Below are positions 8,671-17,433 of a stretch of 37,685 nt of DNA, in pieces; position 1 is the first letter of the stretch; every line of letters begins with the position of its first letter. A model generated the notes under the pieces. That model was not told the origin of the DNA and made no database searches. It worked only from the letters and a program-made list of their open reading frames with translations. Source of the stretch: a virus (taxonomy: Duplodnaviria > Caudoviricetes). The position numbers were made by a program, and so were the translations under genes. The DNA lies in the IMG/VR virus record IMGVR_UViG_3300048786_000060, positions 1 through 37,685 of that record, one strand, 5' to 3'.

Positions 8671-9617
8671 CCACCATGGACGTGCAACTCACAAAGTACA
8701 ATTCGCGCGAGGAGTGGCTGGCGTCGCGTACGGCGACCATTGGCGCATCCGAGTCTGCCGCCCTCCTGGGCTTGGCTCCCGAGGGCCGCGAGTCCGAGTT
8801 CTCGCTGTGGACGAAGAAGACCGGACTGGTCCCGCCCGAGGAACTCGATGGCGAGTGGTTGGAGTGGGGCCAGATTCTCGAAGAGCCTATTGCCCAGCGC
8901 TACGCGAAGCGAACGGGCCACGTACTCTGGACACCCCCCACCCCGTGGTGTGTTGCGGTCCATCCGCGCTTTCCGTTTCTGACTGCGACGGTGGATCGTT
9001 GGATCATCGAGGCTGCCGGCCACGAGGACCGCGGCGACTTGGAGATCAAGAACGTCGGCGCCTTCAATTCCGACTGGCGCGATGGCAAGGACGTCTCGCT
9101 CCCGCTATATGTACAGGCGCAGGTTCAACATCAGCTCGCCGTCACTGGTTTCGGCTGGGCCGTCGTAGCGGCGCTTATCGGCGGCAACAGTCTCAAGACT
9201 ATCGAGGTCGCGCGCAACCAGGAATTCATTGACGAGCTGGAAGCCAAGGCGGTAGAATTCTGGGACAGAGTGCAGCGGAAGGAAGCGCCGCCCATCGACG
9301 CCAGCCAGGCCAGCAACAAGGCAATCAAACGGCTGCACCCAGACGATTCAGGAGAAACGCTCGACCTGACCGATGATGCGGCTGCCTGGGCTACGGTGCT
9401 GGGTGATGCCAAGGATGACGAGAAAGCAGCCCAGGCCGCGGCGTTGGAAGCCGACAACAAGCTGCGGGCCATGATCGGCAAAGCCACGTTTGGCAAGCTG
9501 CCCGATGGCCGAGTCATCAGCCTCAAGACCACCGAGAAAGCCGGTTACACCTCGACGGTGAAGCCCTCGAAATTCAGAACCCTCAAGATAATCGAACCGA
9601 AAGGAAAGACCACATGA
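8667..9617 (+). CDS. YqaJ-like viral recombinase (lambda-exonuclease family)
   Basis: REEWLASR...IGASES...WG..LE, ATVDR, LEIKN, YVQAQVQHQLAVTG. Confidence 0.9.
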   Translation: MTTMDVQLTKYNSREEWLASRTATIGASESAALLGLAPEGRESEFSLWTKKTGLVPPEELDGEWLEWGQILEEPIAQRYAKRTGHVLWTPPTPWCVAVHPRFPFLTATVDRWIIEAAGHEDRGDLEIKNVGAFNSDWRDGKDVSLPLYVQAQVQHQLAVTGFGWAVVAALIGGNSLKTIEVARNQEFIDELEAKAVEFWDRVQRKEAPPIDASQASNKAIKRLHPDDSGETLDLTDDAAAWATVLGDAKDDEKAAQAAALEADNKLRAMIGKATFGKLPDGRVISLKTTEKAGYTSTVKPSKFRTLKIIEPKGKTT

Positions 9618-10597
9618 ACGACAAGACCGACATGGTGCGAGTCCCGAACGCGGGCGAGCTGGCAAGGCAGGATTTTGGCGGGTCGAGCCTAGAACACCGG
9701 GCCGAGACCGCCAGCACGGCTCTCGCCGAACAGGCAAAGGCGGCAGTGCAGGCCCGCTACATCATGGCGATGCAGCGCCCGCGCGACTTGTTCCAGGTAC
9801 GCGAGAAGCTGCTGGCTGACTGCAAGCGCCCGCTCTTTGCCGAGAAGGCCATCTACAACAAGCCCATCGGCAAGGGCGTGGAGGGGCCGTCCATCCGCAT
9901 GGCCGAGGCCGCTAGCCGGGCCATGACCAACGTGTTCACCGACGTGTTCGCCGTCTACGACGATTCAAGCAAGCGCATCGTGCGCGTGTGTGCCAGCGAC
10001 CTGGAGGCGAATGTCACGTACACCAAGGACGTCACGGTCAACAAGACCATCGAACGCCGGGCACAGTTGGAGGGCCGCAGGATACTCAGCCAGCGGATCA
10101 ACTCCAAGGGTGACACCACCTATACATTCGAGGCAACCGACGACGAGATTCTCGACCGCGAGAACGCGCTGGCGTCCAAGGCGATGCGAACTTGCCTGCT
10201 GCGCCTCGTGCCGGGCGACATCCTAGAAGAAGCCATTGCGGCCTGCTACGCCACGATGGAGAACAAAGACGCGGCCGACCCAGCGGCGGCGCGCAAGGGG
10301 ATGTGTGATTCATTCGCAGACATGGGCGTCCCAGTCGCGGCGCTCGTCGAATACCTCGGGCACACCATCGAACTGACGACTGCGGCCGAGATGAAGACAC
10401 TACGCGGGCTGTTCAACGCCCTCAAGGACGGCGAGACCACATGGGCGCAGGCCATCGAAGCGAAGGGAAACAAGCCCAGCGAGAAGACGCCAGCGCCAGA
10501 GACAAAAACCGCGGTGAAACCGCAGACACTGGGCGATGCGGCTGCGCAGTCGAGGGCCAAGCGAGAGGGGAAGGCTGAACCGGGAAGTGCAGGCTAG
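9614..10597 (+). CDS. Putative single-strand annealing protein partnering YqaJ
   Basis: Coupled to the exonuclease gene; 'A..RPRD...GPSIRMAE' motif; flexible charged C-terminus; function inferred from synteny. Confidence 0.6.
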   Translation: MNDKTDMVRVPNAGELARQDFGGSSLEHRAETASTALAEQAKAAVQARYIMAMQRPRDLFQVREKLLADCKRPLFAEKAIYNKPIGKGVEGPSIRMAEAASRAMTNVFTDVFAVYDDSSKRIVRVCASDLEANVTYTKDVTVNKTIERRAQLEGRRILSQRINSKGDTTYTFEATDDEILDRENALASKAMRTCLLRLVPGDILEEAIAACYATMENKDAADPAAARKGMCDSFADMGVPVAALVEYLGHTIELTTAAEMKTLRGLFNALKDGETTWAQAIEAKGNKPSEKTPAPETKTAVKPQTLGDAAAQSRAKREGKAEPGSAG

Positions 10598-10608
10598 ACC
10601 AGAATCAG

Positions 10609-10633
10609 AAGCGCTCGCAAGTCGCGGGCGTTT
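10609..10633 (+). terminator. Hairpin downstream of the recombination genes (possible terminator)
   Basis: AAGCGCTCGC-aagtc-GCGGGCGTTT, 10-bp stem with two G:U pairs; only a short U tract. Confidence 0.4.
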
Positions 10634-10713
10634 GGGCCGAAGGAACTCTGAACCGGCCGGTTCGATCAGAGCAGCCTACGTCACTGGGCAGGTCAGTGTC
10701 GGTCCTCAGCAAC

Positions 10714-11133
10714 ATGAGTAAGAGACTCCCAATCCCCGCCGCCCGCATCGCCGAAGTCGCGAACGCTGCCCACGTGTGCGCCCGCACGGTGCAGAAGTAC
10801 CGCGATGGCTTGCACGTGCTGGACGTAGTCGAGATGGCCGTCACGGCAGCGATTCGGGGATTGCCCGAGGATGCACAGCTACAGATTCCGAGCGTGGCGG
10901 GTCAACAGCCGCCCAAACGCCTGTTGAGGGTCTCGCCGACCATGGGGCAGCCCGGCGAGGTTCGATCCTGCCCAGTGGGTCCAGACGACTGTATGTCGCC
11001 GACCCCCACCACGCCGGCTGGGAGGTCGGCGTCCAAACCGAAACCCCTCCCGCGCCTGAAGCTGGAACTGCCCGACGGGGTCGAAGCGCCGGAGCCGGAC
11101 GGGCGACATTGGTACGAAGAAAGGACATCATGA
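10714..11133 (+). CDS. HTH-like DNA-binding protein with Pro-rich tail
   Basis: IAEVANAAHVCARTVQKY resembles a helix-turn-helix. Confidence 0.5.
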   Translation: MSKRLPIPAARIAEVANAAHVCARTVQKYRDGLHVLDVVEMAVTAAIRGLPEDAQLQIPSVAGQQPPKRLLRVSPTMGQPGEVRSCPVGPDDCMSPTPTTPAGRSASKPKPLPRLKLELPDGVEAPEPDGRHWYEERTS

Positions 11134-11209
11134 AGTTCGCCAAGGTACTCGCCCCTGGCCACGGATTTAACAGCGAGAGAAGTCAACGCGCAGAGAACGG
11201 AGGCCGACC

Positions 11210-11437
11210 GTGATTTTCATTGAGGTTCGTTGCGATAAGTGCGGAAAGGTCGGGTTATCGCGGCGTTGCTTCTACGCCCACCAGATGCGTGAGGAGTTGA
11301 AAGCGTCGGGGTGGAAGCACGTTGCCGAGGGCGGAAAGGACTTTTGCCCCAGGTGCAAGCCCCGGCGAAAGCCTCGCAGGCGCTCACGTACGACGGTCGT
11401 GCTGGTAAACAGCGAGAGAAAACCGGAGCGGGGTTAA
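11210..11437 (+). CDS. Small Zn-finger protein
   Basis: CDKC...GW...DFCPRC. Confidence 0.6.
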   Translation: MIFIEVRCDKCGKVGLSRRCFYAHQMREELKASGWKHVAEGGKDFCPRCKPRRKPRRRSRTTVVLVNSERKPERG

Positions 11438-11440
11438 CAG

Positions 11441-11731
11441 ATGCCCACTCCGTATTACGACCACGGTGGGATCACGATCTATCACGGGGATTGCCGCGAG
11501 GTGCTGCCTACGGTCACGGACGCGAGCGTTGACCTCGTGCTCACCGATCCGCCCTACGGGCACAACAACAACAACGGTGACCTCGCCCATCGGTGGGAGG
11601 AAGCCCTTGGCCTGGTGAAACGTGGTGTGGCTACGGCCGGGGAGGCCAGGCCAATAGCCAACGATGGCCCAGAGGCGAACGAGATGGTCCGCTGGATGTT
11701 CGGACACGCAGCGAGGGTCATCAAGCCTGGC
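11441..11731 (+). pseudogene. Truncated beta-class N6A/N4C DNA methyltransferase (N-terminal half only)
   Basis: PYYDHGGITIYHGDCREVL...VDLVLTDPPYG...ARVIKPG, then similarity is lost; no FxGxG SAM-binding motif follows. Confidence 0.7.
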
Positions 11732-11894
11732 CGCTCGGCTAGGTGTGACTGCCACCGACGTACTGGCGATGGCCGAGACTCTCGGTCCGGCCCGCACGGT
11801 CCATCCTGCGGACCTGGCGTCCGAGCGTCGTCATCAGGATGCCCAGATGACTCGCAGCCAGCGCGCTGCCTTTGACCACGAGGAGGACTAGACC

Positions 11895-12131
11895 ATGACG
11901 ACCACGACCCTCAGCATCACGACCAAGGCCGGATACGTAGTGACCGACCCGCGCAGCCCGCTTCTGACCGCGGCCGCGCACGGCACGCTGATGGCGCGCC
12001 TCGGTCGCCGCCTGGACGGTGGCGCCAGCTACGAGGCCCGCCGCGCCTACGCACAGGAGCAGGATCGCGCAATCCAGTCCCGCCCCCGAAGACGGATGTC
12101 ACTCGCGGCAGCTATACGCGCCCTCTCGTAG
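11895..12131 (+). CDS. Hypothetical protein
   Basis: RBS GAGGAGG, 78 aa. Confidence 0.55.
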   Translation: MTTTTLSITTKAGYVVTDPRSPLLTAAAHGTLMARLGRRLDGGASYEARRAYAQEQDRAIQSRPRRRMSLAAAIRALS

Positions 12132-12230
12132 TCCCTCGCGGTCCTGGCGCCTCCACGAGACGCCCGGCACGAGGAGGACCACCACTCATCCCGAGCCGCA
12201 CGGATTGCGGCGACGAACGAAGGAGACTCC

Positions 12231-12701
12231 ATGGAAACGACATCATCGACTCTCAACCCGATCGAGAAGCTGACTCAGCTCTGCGCGCAGCGAACGGCTC
12301 GCACCGACCGCCTGCACAGCGCTGTCCGCACTCTGACCGACGCGCTGGAAGCGGCCGGAGCGCGCCCCGGCGAAATCAACGCGACGGTGGACGGTTGGAC
12401 ACTGAGCTACAACGATGTCCGCAGCAACGTTGGAGTGCGCGACTGCTGGAGTTTTTTGCGCACGGCCAGTGACTACGAGGGCTGCACCGACCTCGGCCTG
12501 GCGGTCAATCACGACGGCTATCTACACGGCGATTTCAACTGCCCGGTGACCGGCCCGACCCGCGCGCAGTTGATCGCATTCGGCCAGCGGGCCGCACAAT
12601 TCGTCGAGGCAATCACCGCGCAGCTCACCCACGACGTGGCGGCTCTGGACGCCGCAGTTGAGCAAGTCGATTCAACCACCGAGGAGGTGTCCCGTGTTTA
12701 G
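12231..12701 (+). CDS. Hypothetical protein
   Basis: RBS AAGGAG, 156 aa. Confidence 0.65.
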   Translation: METTSSTLNPIEKLTQLCAQRTARTDRLHSAVRTLTDALEAAGARPGEINATVDGWTLSYNDVRSNVGVRDCWSFLRTASDYEGCTDLGLAVNHDGYLHGDFNCPVTGPTRAQLIAFGQRAAQFVEAITAQLTHDVAALDAAVEQVDSTTEEVSRV

Positions 12702-13371
12702 CTCTTGGATCATCTCGACCATCCGCGCTCAAGAAACTGTCAACGTCACCAGCCCGTCCGCGGTGCTGGCAAAACTGGAGCGCGACGAGCTGGCCTATGT
12801 CCAGTACGTCAGCGGCTGCGACCGCGCAACAATGGGCCACGTGATCAAATGCACCGGGCTGTCGCTGGAAGATACGGTCAATGTAATCAGGCGGAACCGT
12901 GCGCTGCGACGACTCAAGCAGACCCACGGGAAGAACGGCGTGCCCTGCCTGACGGCAATCGTCGGCCTGGCACTGGCGCTACTGGTTGGCTGCGACGCCA
13001 CCGGCCTAACGGTCGAGCAGACGGCCGACACGCCCGCGGACGTCCCGCAGTCCATCGCCCCGCAGCCCGCGCCGGTGGTGCCACCGCCTGCCCCAGTCCC
13101 GCCGCCGGTGGCAGTACCAGCACCGCTACCAGTGCCCGTTCCGCCACAGGCCGCCCCGGTGCAGCCCCCACTCGCGCCCGGTGCCCCACTGCCAGCACCG
13201 ACTCCACCGCCGCCGGTGCCCCCGTGTTTCGATCGCGACCTCGGTGTCATCTCACCGTGCGCTGGTCGTCTCGACTGTACCGTCAGCTCGACCGTGACCG
13301 AGAGGACCATGTGCCAGGCGGGTGGCGTGGTCTACGTCCCAAGCTGTGAGACCTGCGCCGGGGTTTGGTGA
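12694..13371 (+). CDS. Membrane protein: HTH-like N-terminus, TM/lipobox-like segment, Pro-rich linker, Cys-rich C-terminus
   Basis: GTG after GAGGAGG; AIVGLALALLVGC; long PAP/PVP tract. Confidence 0.6.
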   Translation: MFSSWIISTIRAQETVNVTSPSAVLAKLERDELAYVQYVSGCDRATMGHVIKCTGLSLEDTVNVIRRNRALRRLKQTHGKNGVPCLTAIVGLALALLVGCDATGLTVEQTADTPADVPQSIAPQPAPVVPPPAPVPPPVAVPAPLPVPVPPQAAPVQPPLAPGAPLPAPTPPPPVPPCFDRDLGVISPCAGRLDCTVSSTVTERTMCQAGGVVYVPSCETCAGVW

Positions 13372-13431
13372 CACCGTGACCCTCGCCGCCGAGTCGATGC
13401 GCAGGGCGAGCGCCCAGCGGGAACTGTTCCG

Positions 13432-14109
13432 ATGAGCCATAAACGTGCTTGGACAATGCAGGATTCGCTTCCCGTCAAACGGCCGGGCGAGGCTGAGCGG
13501 CACTGCCGGTTCTGTGGCGGCGTAGTGGCGCGCCCGCGGCTGACGTTCTGCTCGCAAGCGTGTGTCGACCAGTGGACTCTGCGTACCAGGCCGCAGGATG
13601 CCCGCAAGGCCGTCGAGAAGCGTGACCATGGCGTCTGTGCGGTCTGCGGTGTCGACACTCAGCGGCTCGAACGGCTCGCGCGCCGGCTTGACCTGTTGGC
13701 GTTTGGGGCCTGGCGGGTACGTGACTACGGAATCGAATCTCGCCCAGACGTAGATGATTCCGAACTCGGCGTGCGGGCTTCGTCATGGCACCGCTACCCA
13801 AGCGCCGCCAAGGCAGCGGGTTGGCTCGATTGGCTGCTTCATGGGATACTATGGTGGTTCGGCGTGTGGGGCGGCAAGGGAGAACCAGGTGGCGACCTGT
13901 ACCCATCACGCCTCGGCTATTTCCGCCACCTCTGGGAGGCGGACCACATCGTGCCGGTCGTCGAAGGCGGGGGAGCGTCGAGAGACGTAGACCCGTTGGA
14001 AAATCTGCGCACGTTGTGCCGGCACTGTCACAAAGCCGAGACCCGCGCGCTGGCGTCCCGTCGGGCGAAAGCTCGGCGCCAGCAGCGGGAACTGTTCGAG
14101 CCGGGGTAA
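13432..14109 (+). CDS. HNH endonuclease with N-terminal Zn fingers
   Basis: CRFCG..FCSQAC, RDHGVCAVCG, WEADHIVPVVEGGG...LENLRTLCRHCH. Confidence 0.85.
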   Translation: MSHKRAWTMQDSLPVKRPGEAERHCRFCGGVVARPRLTFCSQACVDQWTLRTRPQDARKAVEKRDHGVCAVCGVDTQRLERLARRLDLLAFGAWRVRDYGIESRPDVDDSELGVRASSWHRYPSAAKAAGWLDWLLHGILWWFGVWGGKGEPGGDLYPSRLGYFRHLWEADHIVPVVEGGGASRDVDPLENLRTLCRHCHKAETRALASRRAKARRQQRELFEPG

Positions 14110-14112
14110 CAC

Positions 14113-14245
14113 ATGACCGCGTACTACAACGAGATCGACAAGTTCGCTGCCCAGTGGCTGCGTAACTTGATCGCCGCTGGCCACATCGCGCCCGGCGAAG
14201 TCGACACGAGGAGCATTGACGATGTCAAGCCCGATGATGTGCGGC
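14113..14245 (+). pseudogene. N-terminal stub of a phage C5 DNA cytosine methyltransferase
   Basis: MTAYYNEIDKFAAQWLRNLIAAGHIAPGEVDTRSIDDVKPDD is the characteristic start of a phage C5-MTase family; the expected FFAGIG motif is missing. Confidence 0.7.
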
Positions 14246-14310
14246 GTCTGCTGGCGCTTGAGTTTGGCATAGCCGAACCCGCGACCACCATATCCTTGGG
14301 AATTATATAC

Positions 14311-14339
14311 TTGACTCCCTTGGCAGTTTAGGGTAGATT
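14311..14339 (+). promoter_or_regulatory. Transposase promoter overlapping the left TIR
   Basis: TTGACT-N17-TAGATT. Confidence 0.65.
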
Positions 14340-14361
14340 TGCTGTAGAAAGTGAGGCCGTC

Positions 14362-15285
14362 GTGAGCCAATCTACCATCTCAACCTTCCAGCTTTTCCAG
14401 ATGTTTCCCGACGCGGAAACCGCTCGAATCTACATGGAAAAGCGCCTCTGGCCGTCTGGCCCCACGTGCCCCTGCTGTGGCCTTGGCGAGCGCATCACGA
14501 CGCGCAAGGATGGCTTCTACCGCTGCAACCAGTGCCAGGAAGACTTCACCGTCAGGACCGGCACCATCTTCGAGCGAAGCCACGTTCCGTTGCACAAGTG
14601 GCTCTACGCGATGTACCTGCTGGTCACGGCCCGCAAGGGCATCTCATCGATGCAGCTTGCCAAGGAAATCGGCATCACGCAGAAGTCCGCCTGGTTCGTC
14701 CTGCATCGTATCCGCGAAGCGTGCGGCCCGGACATGAAGAAGCTCCAAGGGATCGTCGAGGTTGACGAAACCTACGTGGGTGGCAAAGAGAAGAACAAGC
14801 ACGAGAGCAAGAAGCTCCACGAGGGCCGGGGTGCAGTAGGCAAGACCGCCGTCCTGGCCCTACGTGAACGTGGCAAAAGCGGTCGCACGGTTGGATTCCC
14901 CGTGGCCTCGGTGGACAGTGCAACGATTCACGCTGAAATCCGCGCGCACGTTGAAGCGGGATCCACGCTTCACACTGACGAAGCCGTGGTCTACAACGGG
15001 TTGGAGCCTGCCTTCAAACACGAGAGCATCAACCACAGCGCCCGCGAGTTTGCCCGTGGCAACGTAACCACCAACGGCATTGAAAGTTTCAACGCCCTGT
15101 TGAAGCGTGGCATCCTCGGCGTGTACCATCACGTGAGCCCGAAGCATCTTCCACGCTACGTCAACGAGTTCTCATTCCGACTGAACGAAGGCAATGTCCG
15201 CAATCACACCACACAACGGCTTGACAGTCTTATCCGTCGCTCGGCTGGCAAGCGTCTCACATTGGAGGCACTGACGAATGCCTGA
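14362..15285 (+). CDS. IS1595-family transposase (Zn ribbon + ISXO2-like DDE domain)
   Basis: CPCC...CNQC, FTVRTGTIFERSH, VEVDETYVGG, LHTDE, TNGIESF, YVNEFSFR. Confidence 0.95.
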   Translation: MSQSTISTFQLFQMFPDAETARIYMEKRLWPSGPTCPCCGLGERITTRKDGFYRCNQCQEDFTVRTGTIFERSHVPLHKWLYAMYLLVTARKGISSMQLAKEIGITQKSAWFVLHRIREACGPDMKKLQGIVEVDETYVGGKEKNKHESKKLHEGRGAVGKTAVLALRERGKSGRTVGFPVASVDSATIHAEIRAHVEAGSTLHTDEAVVYNGLEPAFKHESINHSAREFARGNVTTNGIESFNALLKRGILGVYHHVSPKHLPRYVNEFSFRLNEGNVRNHTTQRLDSLIRRSAGKRLTLEALTNA

Positions 15286-15439
15286 AACAACTACGGAAGT
15301 CCCCAAGGTGCTTGAGGCCATGGTGGACATGGTGTTGCGCTACAGACCGAAGCCGACAAGTGCTGCGCAGAAGAAGCGGAAGAGAAAGCGGAGGAAGGCG
15401 AAGGTCTTGCAATCGTGCGGCGGAATGGAGGGGGCATGA
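15278..15439 (+). CDS. Small basic protein downstream of the transposase (53 aa)
   Basis: RBS GGAGG; MPETTTEVPKVLEAMVDMVLRYRPKPTSAAQKKRKRKRRK...; ATGA overlap into the MTase. Confidence 0.6.
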   Translation: MPETTTEVPKVLEAMVDMVLRYRPKPTSAAQKKRKRKRRKAKVLQSCGGMEGA

Positions 15440-16371
15440 ATTCGGCATCAAATGTGGCTATGTCTGTGGAAACTCCCAATCGGGCTAGGCCGATCTTGAG
15501 ACGTGTCAACAACGCCCAATACTCCTTGTATTTAGGGGACTGTCTCACATGGATGGACGAAAGAGCCTCGAACTCCATCGAGGCTATAGTTACAGATCCA
15601 CCCTATGGCTTGCGGGAATACAATGAAACGGAAAAGCGCAAGCTGCGCCATGGGCGTGGTGGCGTGTGGCGCATTCCCCCCGCGTTTGATGGTTGTAACA
15701 GAAGCCCACTGCCAAGATTCACCACCTTGACCGACGAGGATAAGGACAATTTGTCGGCTTTCTTTGTGGACTTCGCTAGGCGAGCCCTTCGCATTTTGGT
15801 TCCAGGAGGGCACATTATGATGGCCTCGAATCCACTGCTTTCACATCTGGTTTTCGGGCCATTGATGACAGCGGGCTTCGAGAAGCGTGGGGAGATCATA
15901 CGACTGGTTCAAACCCTACGTGGTGGGGATAGGCCGAAGAACGCCCATGCTGAGTTCGACGATGTGACGGTGATGCCTCGTTCGGCGTGGGAACCGTGGG
16001 GGCTCTTCCGCAAACCCTGCGAGGGAAGAGTGCAAGACAACCTGCGCAAGTGGAAGACAGGAGGACTTCGCAGGCCATCTGCCGATCTTCCATTCAGTGA
16101 CGTTATTCGCTCATCACCGACACGTCCCGAGGAACGTCGCGTGTCTCCGCATCCGTCTCTAAAGCCCCAGGCATTCATGCGGCAGATCGTCCGTGCGGCT
16201 CTTCCACTTGGGCAGGGGACCATTCTTGATCCATTTCTTGGAGGCGGTTCAACGATAGCGGCGGCTGTGGCGGTCGGATACAACTCCATTGGAGTTGAGA
16301 GCGATGTTCAATACTTCGGAATTGCCGAAAGAGCCGTGGTTGCGTTGTCTCAACTGCAAATCGATGACTAA
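15436..16371 (+). CDS. Beta-class N6A/N4C DNA methyltransferase
   Basis: Motif IV TDPPY precedes HPSLKP and motif I DPFLGGGST. Confidence 0.9.
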   Translation: MNSASNVAMSVETPNRARPILRRVNNAQYSLYLGDCLTWMDERASNSIEAIVTDPPYGLREYNETEKRKLRHGRGGVWRIPPAFDGCNRSPLPRFTTLTDEDKDNLSAFFVDFARRALRILVPGGHIMMASNPLLSHLVFGPLMTAGFEKRGEIIRLVQTLRGGDRPKNAHAEFDDVTVMPRSAWEPWGLFRKPCEGRVQDNLRKWKTGGLRRPSADLPFSDVIRSSPTRPEERRVSPHPSLKPQAFMRQIVRAALPLGQGTILDPFLGGGSTIAAAVAVGYNSIGVESDVQYFGIAERAVVALSQLQIDD

Positions 16372-16976
16372 CGGTCCAAGTAGATCCAATTCTTTCTGAA
16401 GGAAAGCAGGCCGCTTTTGTCGAGAGTTGCGGTTCTTGTCCCGAGTTCGCCACGAGCATTTTTCCTAAAGTCACTCACGGACACTTTGCCTAAATACACT
16501 TCTTTGAATGACATCGGCAAACGAGACACCGCCGGTTCCGTAACGCCATCTATTGCGTAAACGAACACGCACATCCACTGGTCACGAGCACCATGCGTAT
16601 CCACAGCACCGCCAGACTTTCGAGTGGTCTTGATCTCGACGCCGTCAGCGCCAGACTGAATTCCGTTTTTTGGATACCTTCCCTGAACGACAAGATCCGG
16701 GTGCCCGTTGAAATAGGTATTCTGTACGAGGGATCGCGCGTGCTTGGCCATGCTGGCGGTCAGCATGTCGGACAACATCCCCGACATAATTGCAGGTCGC
16801 AACATGTCATCAAGCCTCTGCAATCCCTTCGTCGCCATGAGCACGTTCACATCATGGAAGAAATCGTAGACATCCTGCATGGCAACCTGGAAATCTTCCA
16901 AACGAAGCTCGAACGGCAGATCCGCCGAATCGTTGAAGGATTTCAAGTTGACCTTGCCTCGGTTTGTCGTGGCCAT
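16368..16976 (-). CDS. Putative PD-(D/E)xK restriction endonuclease
   Basis: GHPDLVV...GVEIKTT; convergent with and overlapping the MTase stop codon. Confidence 0.7.
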   Translation of the reverse strand: MATTNRGKVNLKSFNDSADLPFELRLEDFQVAMQDVYDFFHDVNVLMATKGLQRLDDMLRPAIMSGMLSDMLTASMAKHARSLVQNTYFNGHPDLVVQGRYPKNGIQSGADGVEIKTTRKSGGAVDTHGARDQWMCVFVYAIDGVTEPAVSRLPMSFKEVYLGKVSVSDFRKNARGELGTRTATLDKSGLLSFRKNWIYLDR

Positions 16977-17066
16977 CGCCGCAGAGTCGCGCGGGAATCG
17001 CGGCGTTGCAAGTTTTTGGGCTTGCGCGCTATCCTACATCACGAGGGAGTCAAGTATATAATTCCC

Positions 17067-17246
17067 AAAAATTGCACAGTTTGCGGGAAAGAGTTCACGC
17101 CAGCGCCCACGAAAAGAGCGAGGCAGAAAACATGCTCACGGGAATGCAGGTACTTGCAGTGTTCACTAACCGAGCGCCGGCCAGAAGGCCCACGCTCCAA
17201 GTACCGGAAGAATGCCTACCCGAGCGAAGTCTCTGTGCGCCGGTAG
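17067..17246 (+). pseudogene. Headless Zn-finger ORF fragment abutting the IS right end
   Basis: KNCTVCGKEF...KTCSREC with no start codon outside the TIR. Confidence 0.5.
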
Positions 17247-17279
17247 CGACGGAGTTTGTCAGAGCGGGATGGTGCGCGC

Positions 17280-17375
17280 TTGACGACCGGATCCCACCGG
17301 CGTAGAGTATCCGCATGCGAGAATGGCCATTTCGACGGATGAAGGCTGCGCGCCCTCCCTGTGCCCATTCTCGCA
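17280..17375 (+). promoter_or_regulatory. Sigma70-like promoter and 5'-leader inverted repeat
   Basis: TTGACG(17280-17285)-N17-TAGAGT(17303-17308); TGCGAGAATGG(17316-17326) pairs with CCATTCTCGCA(17365-17375). Confidence 0.65.
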
Positions 17376-17433
17376 AAGCGTGTTCGCGGGGTAGCAGGCG
17401 CGTGGCCTTGATTCGTTGAGATAGGAGAGCAGC

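Larger units (their letters stand above)
14298..17066 (+). mobile_element. IS1595-family (ISNwi1-like ends) transporter IS carrying an MTase and a nuclease as passengers
   Basis: Perfect terminal inverted repeats GGGAATTATATACTTGACTCCCT (14298-14320) and AGGGAGTCAAGTATATAATTCCC (17044-17066), extendable to 25 bp; encloses the transposase; no target-site duplication visible. Confidence 0.9.

Noticed and set aside
10634-10705. tRNA or SRP RNA (GGTTCGATC; GAAGGAA...GCAGCC)
   Set aside because: No cloverleaf or CCA end, and the SRP-like motif halves are not contiguous.
11441-11875. Intact 144-aa methyltransferase as given in the ORF track
   Set aside because: Lacks the SAM-binding motif; the part after VIKPG appears to be out-of-frame read-through across a junction.
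16593-17246. 217-aa plus-strand ORF
   Set aside because: Mostly antisense to the nuclease gene and crosses the IS end; only the part after 17066 looks coding.
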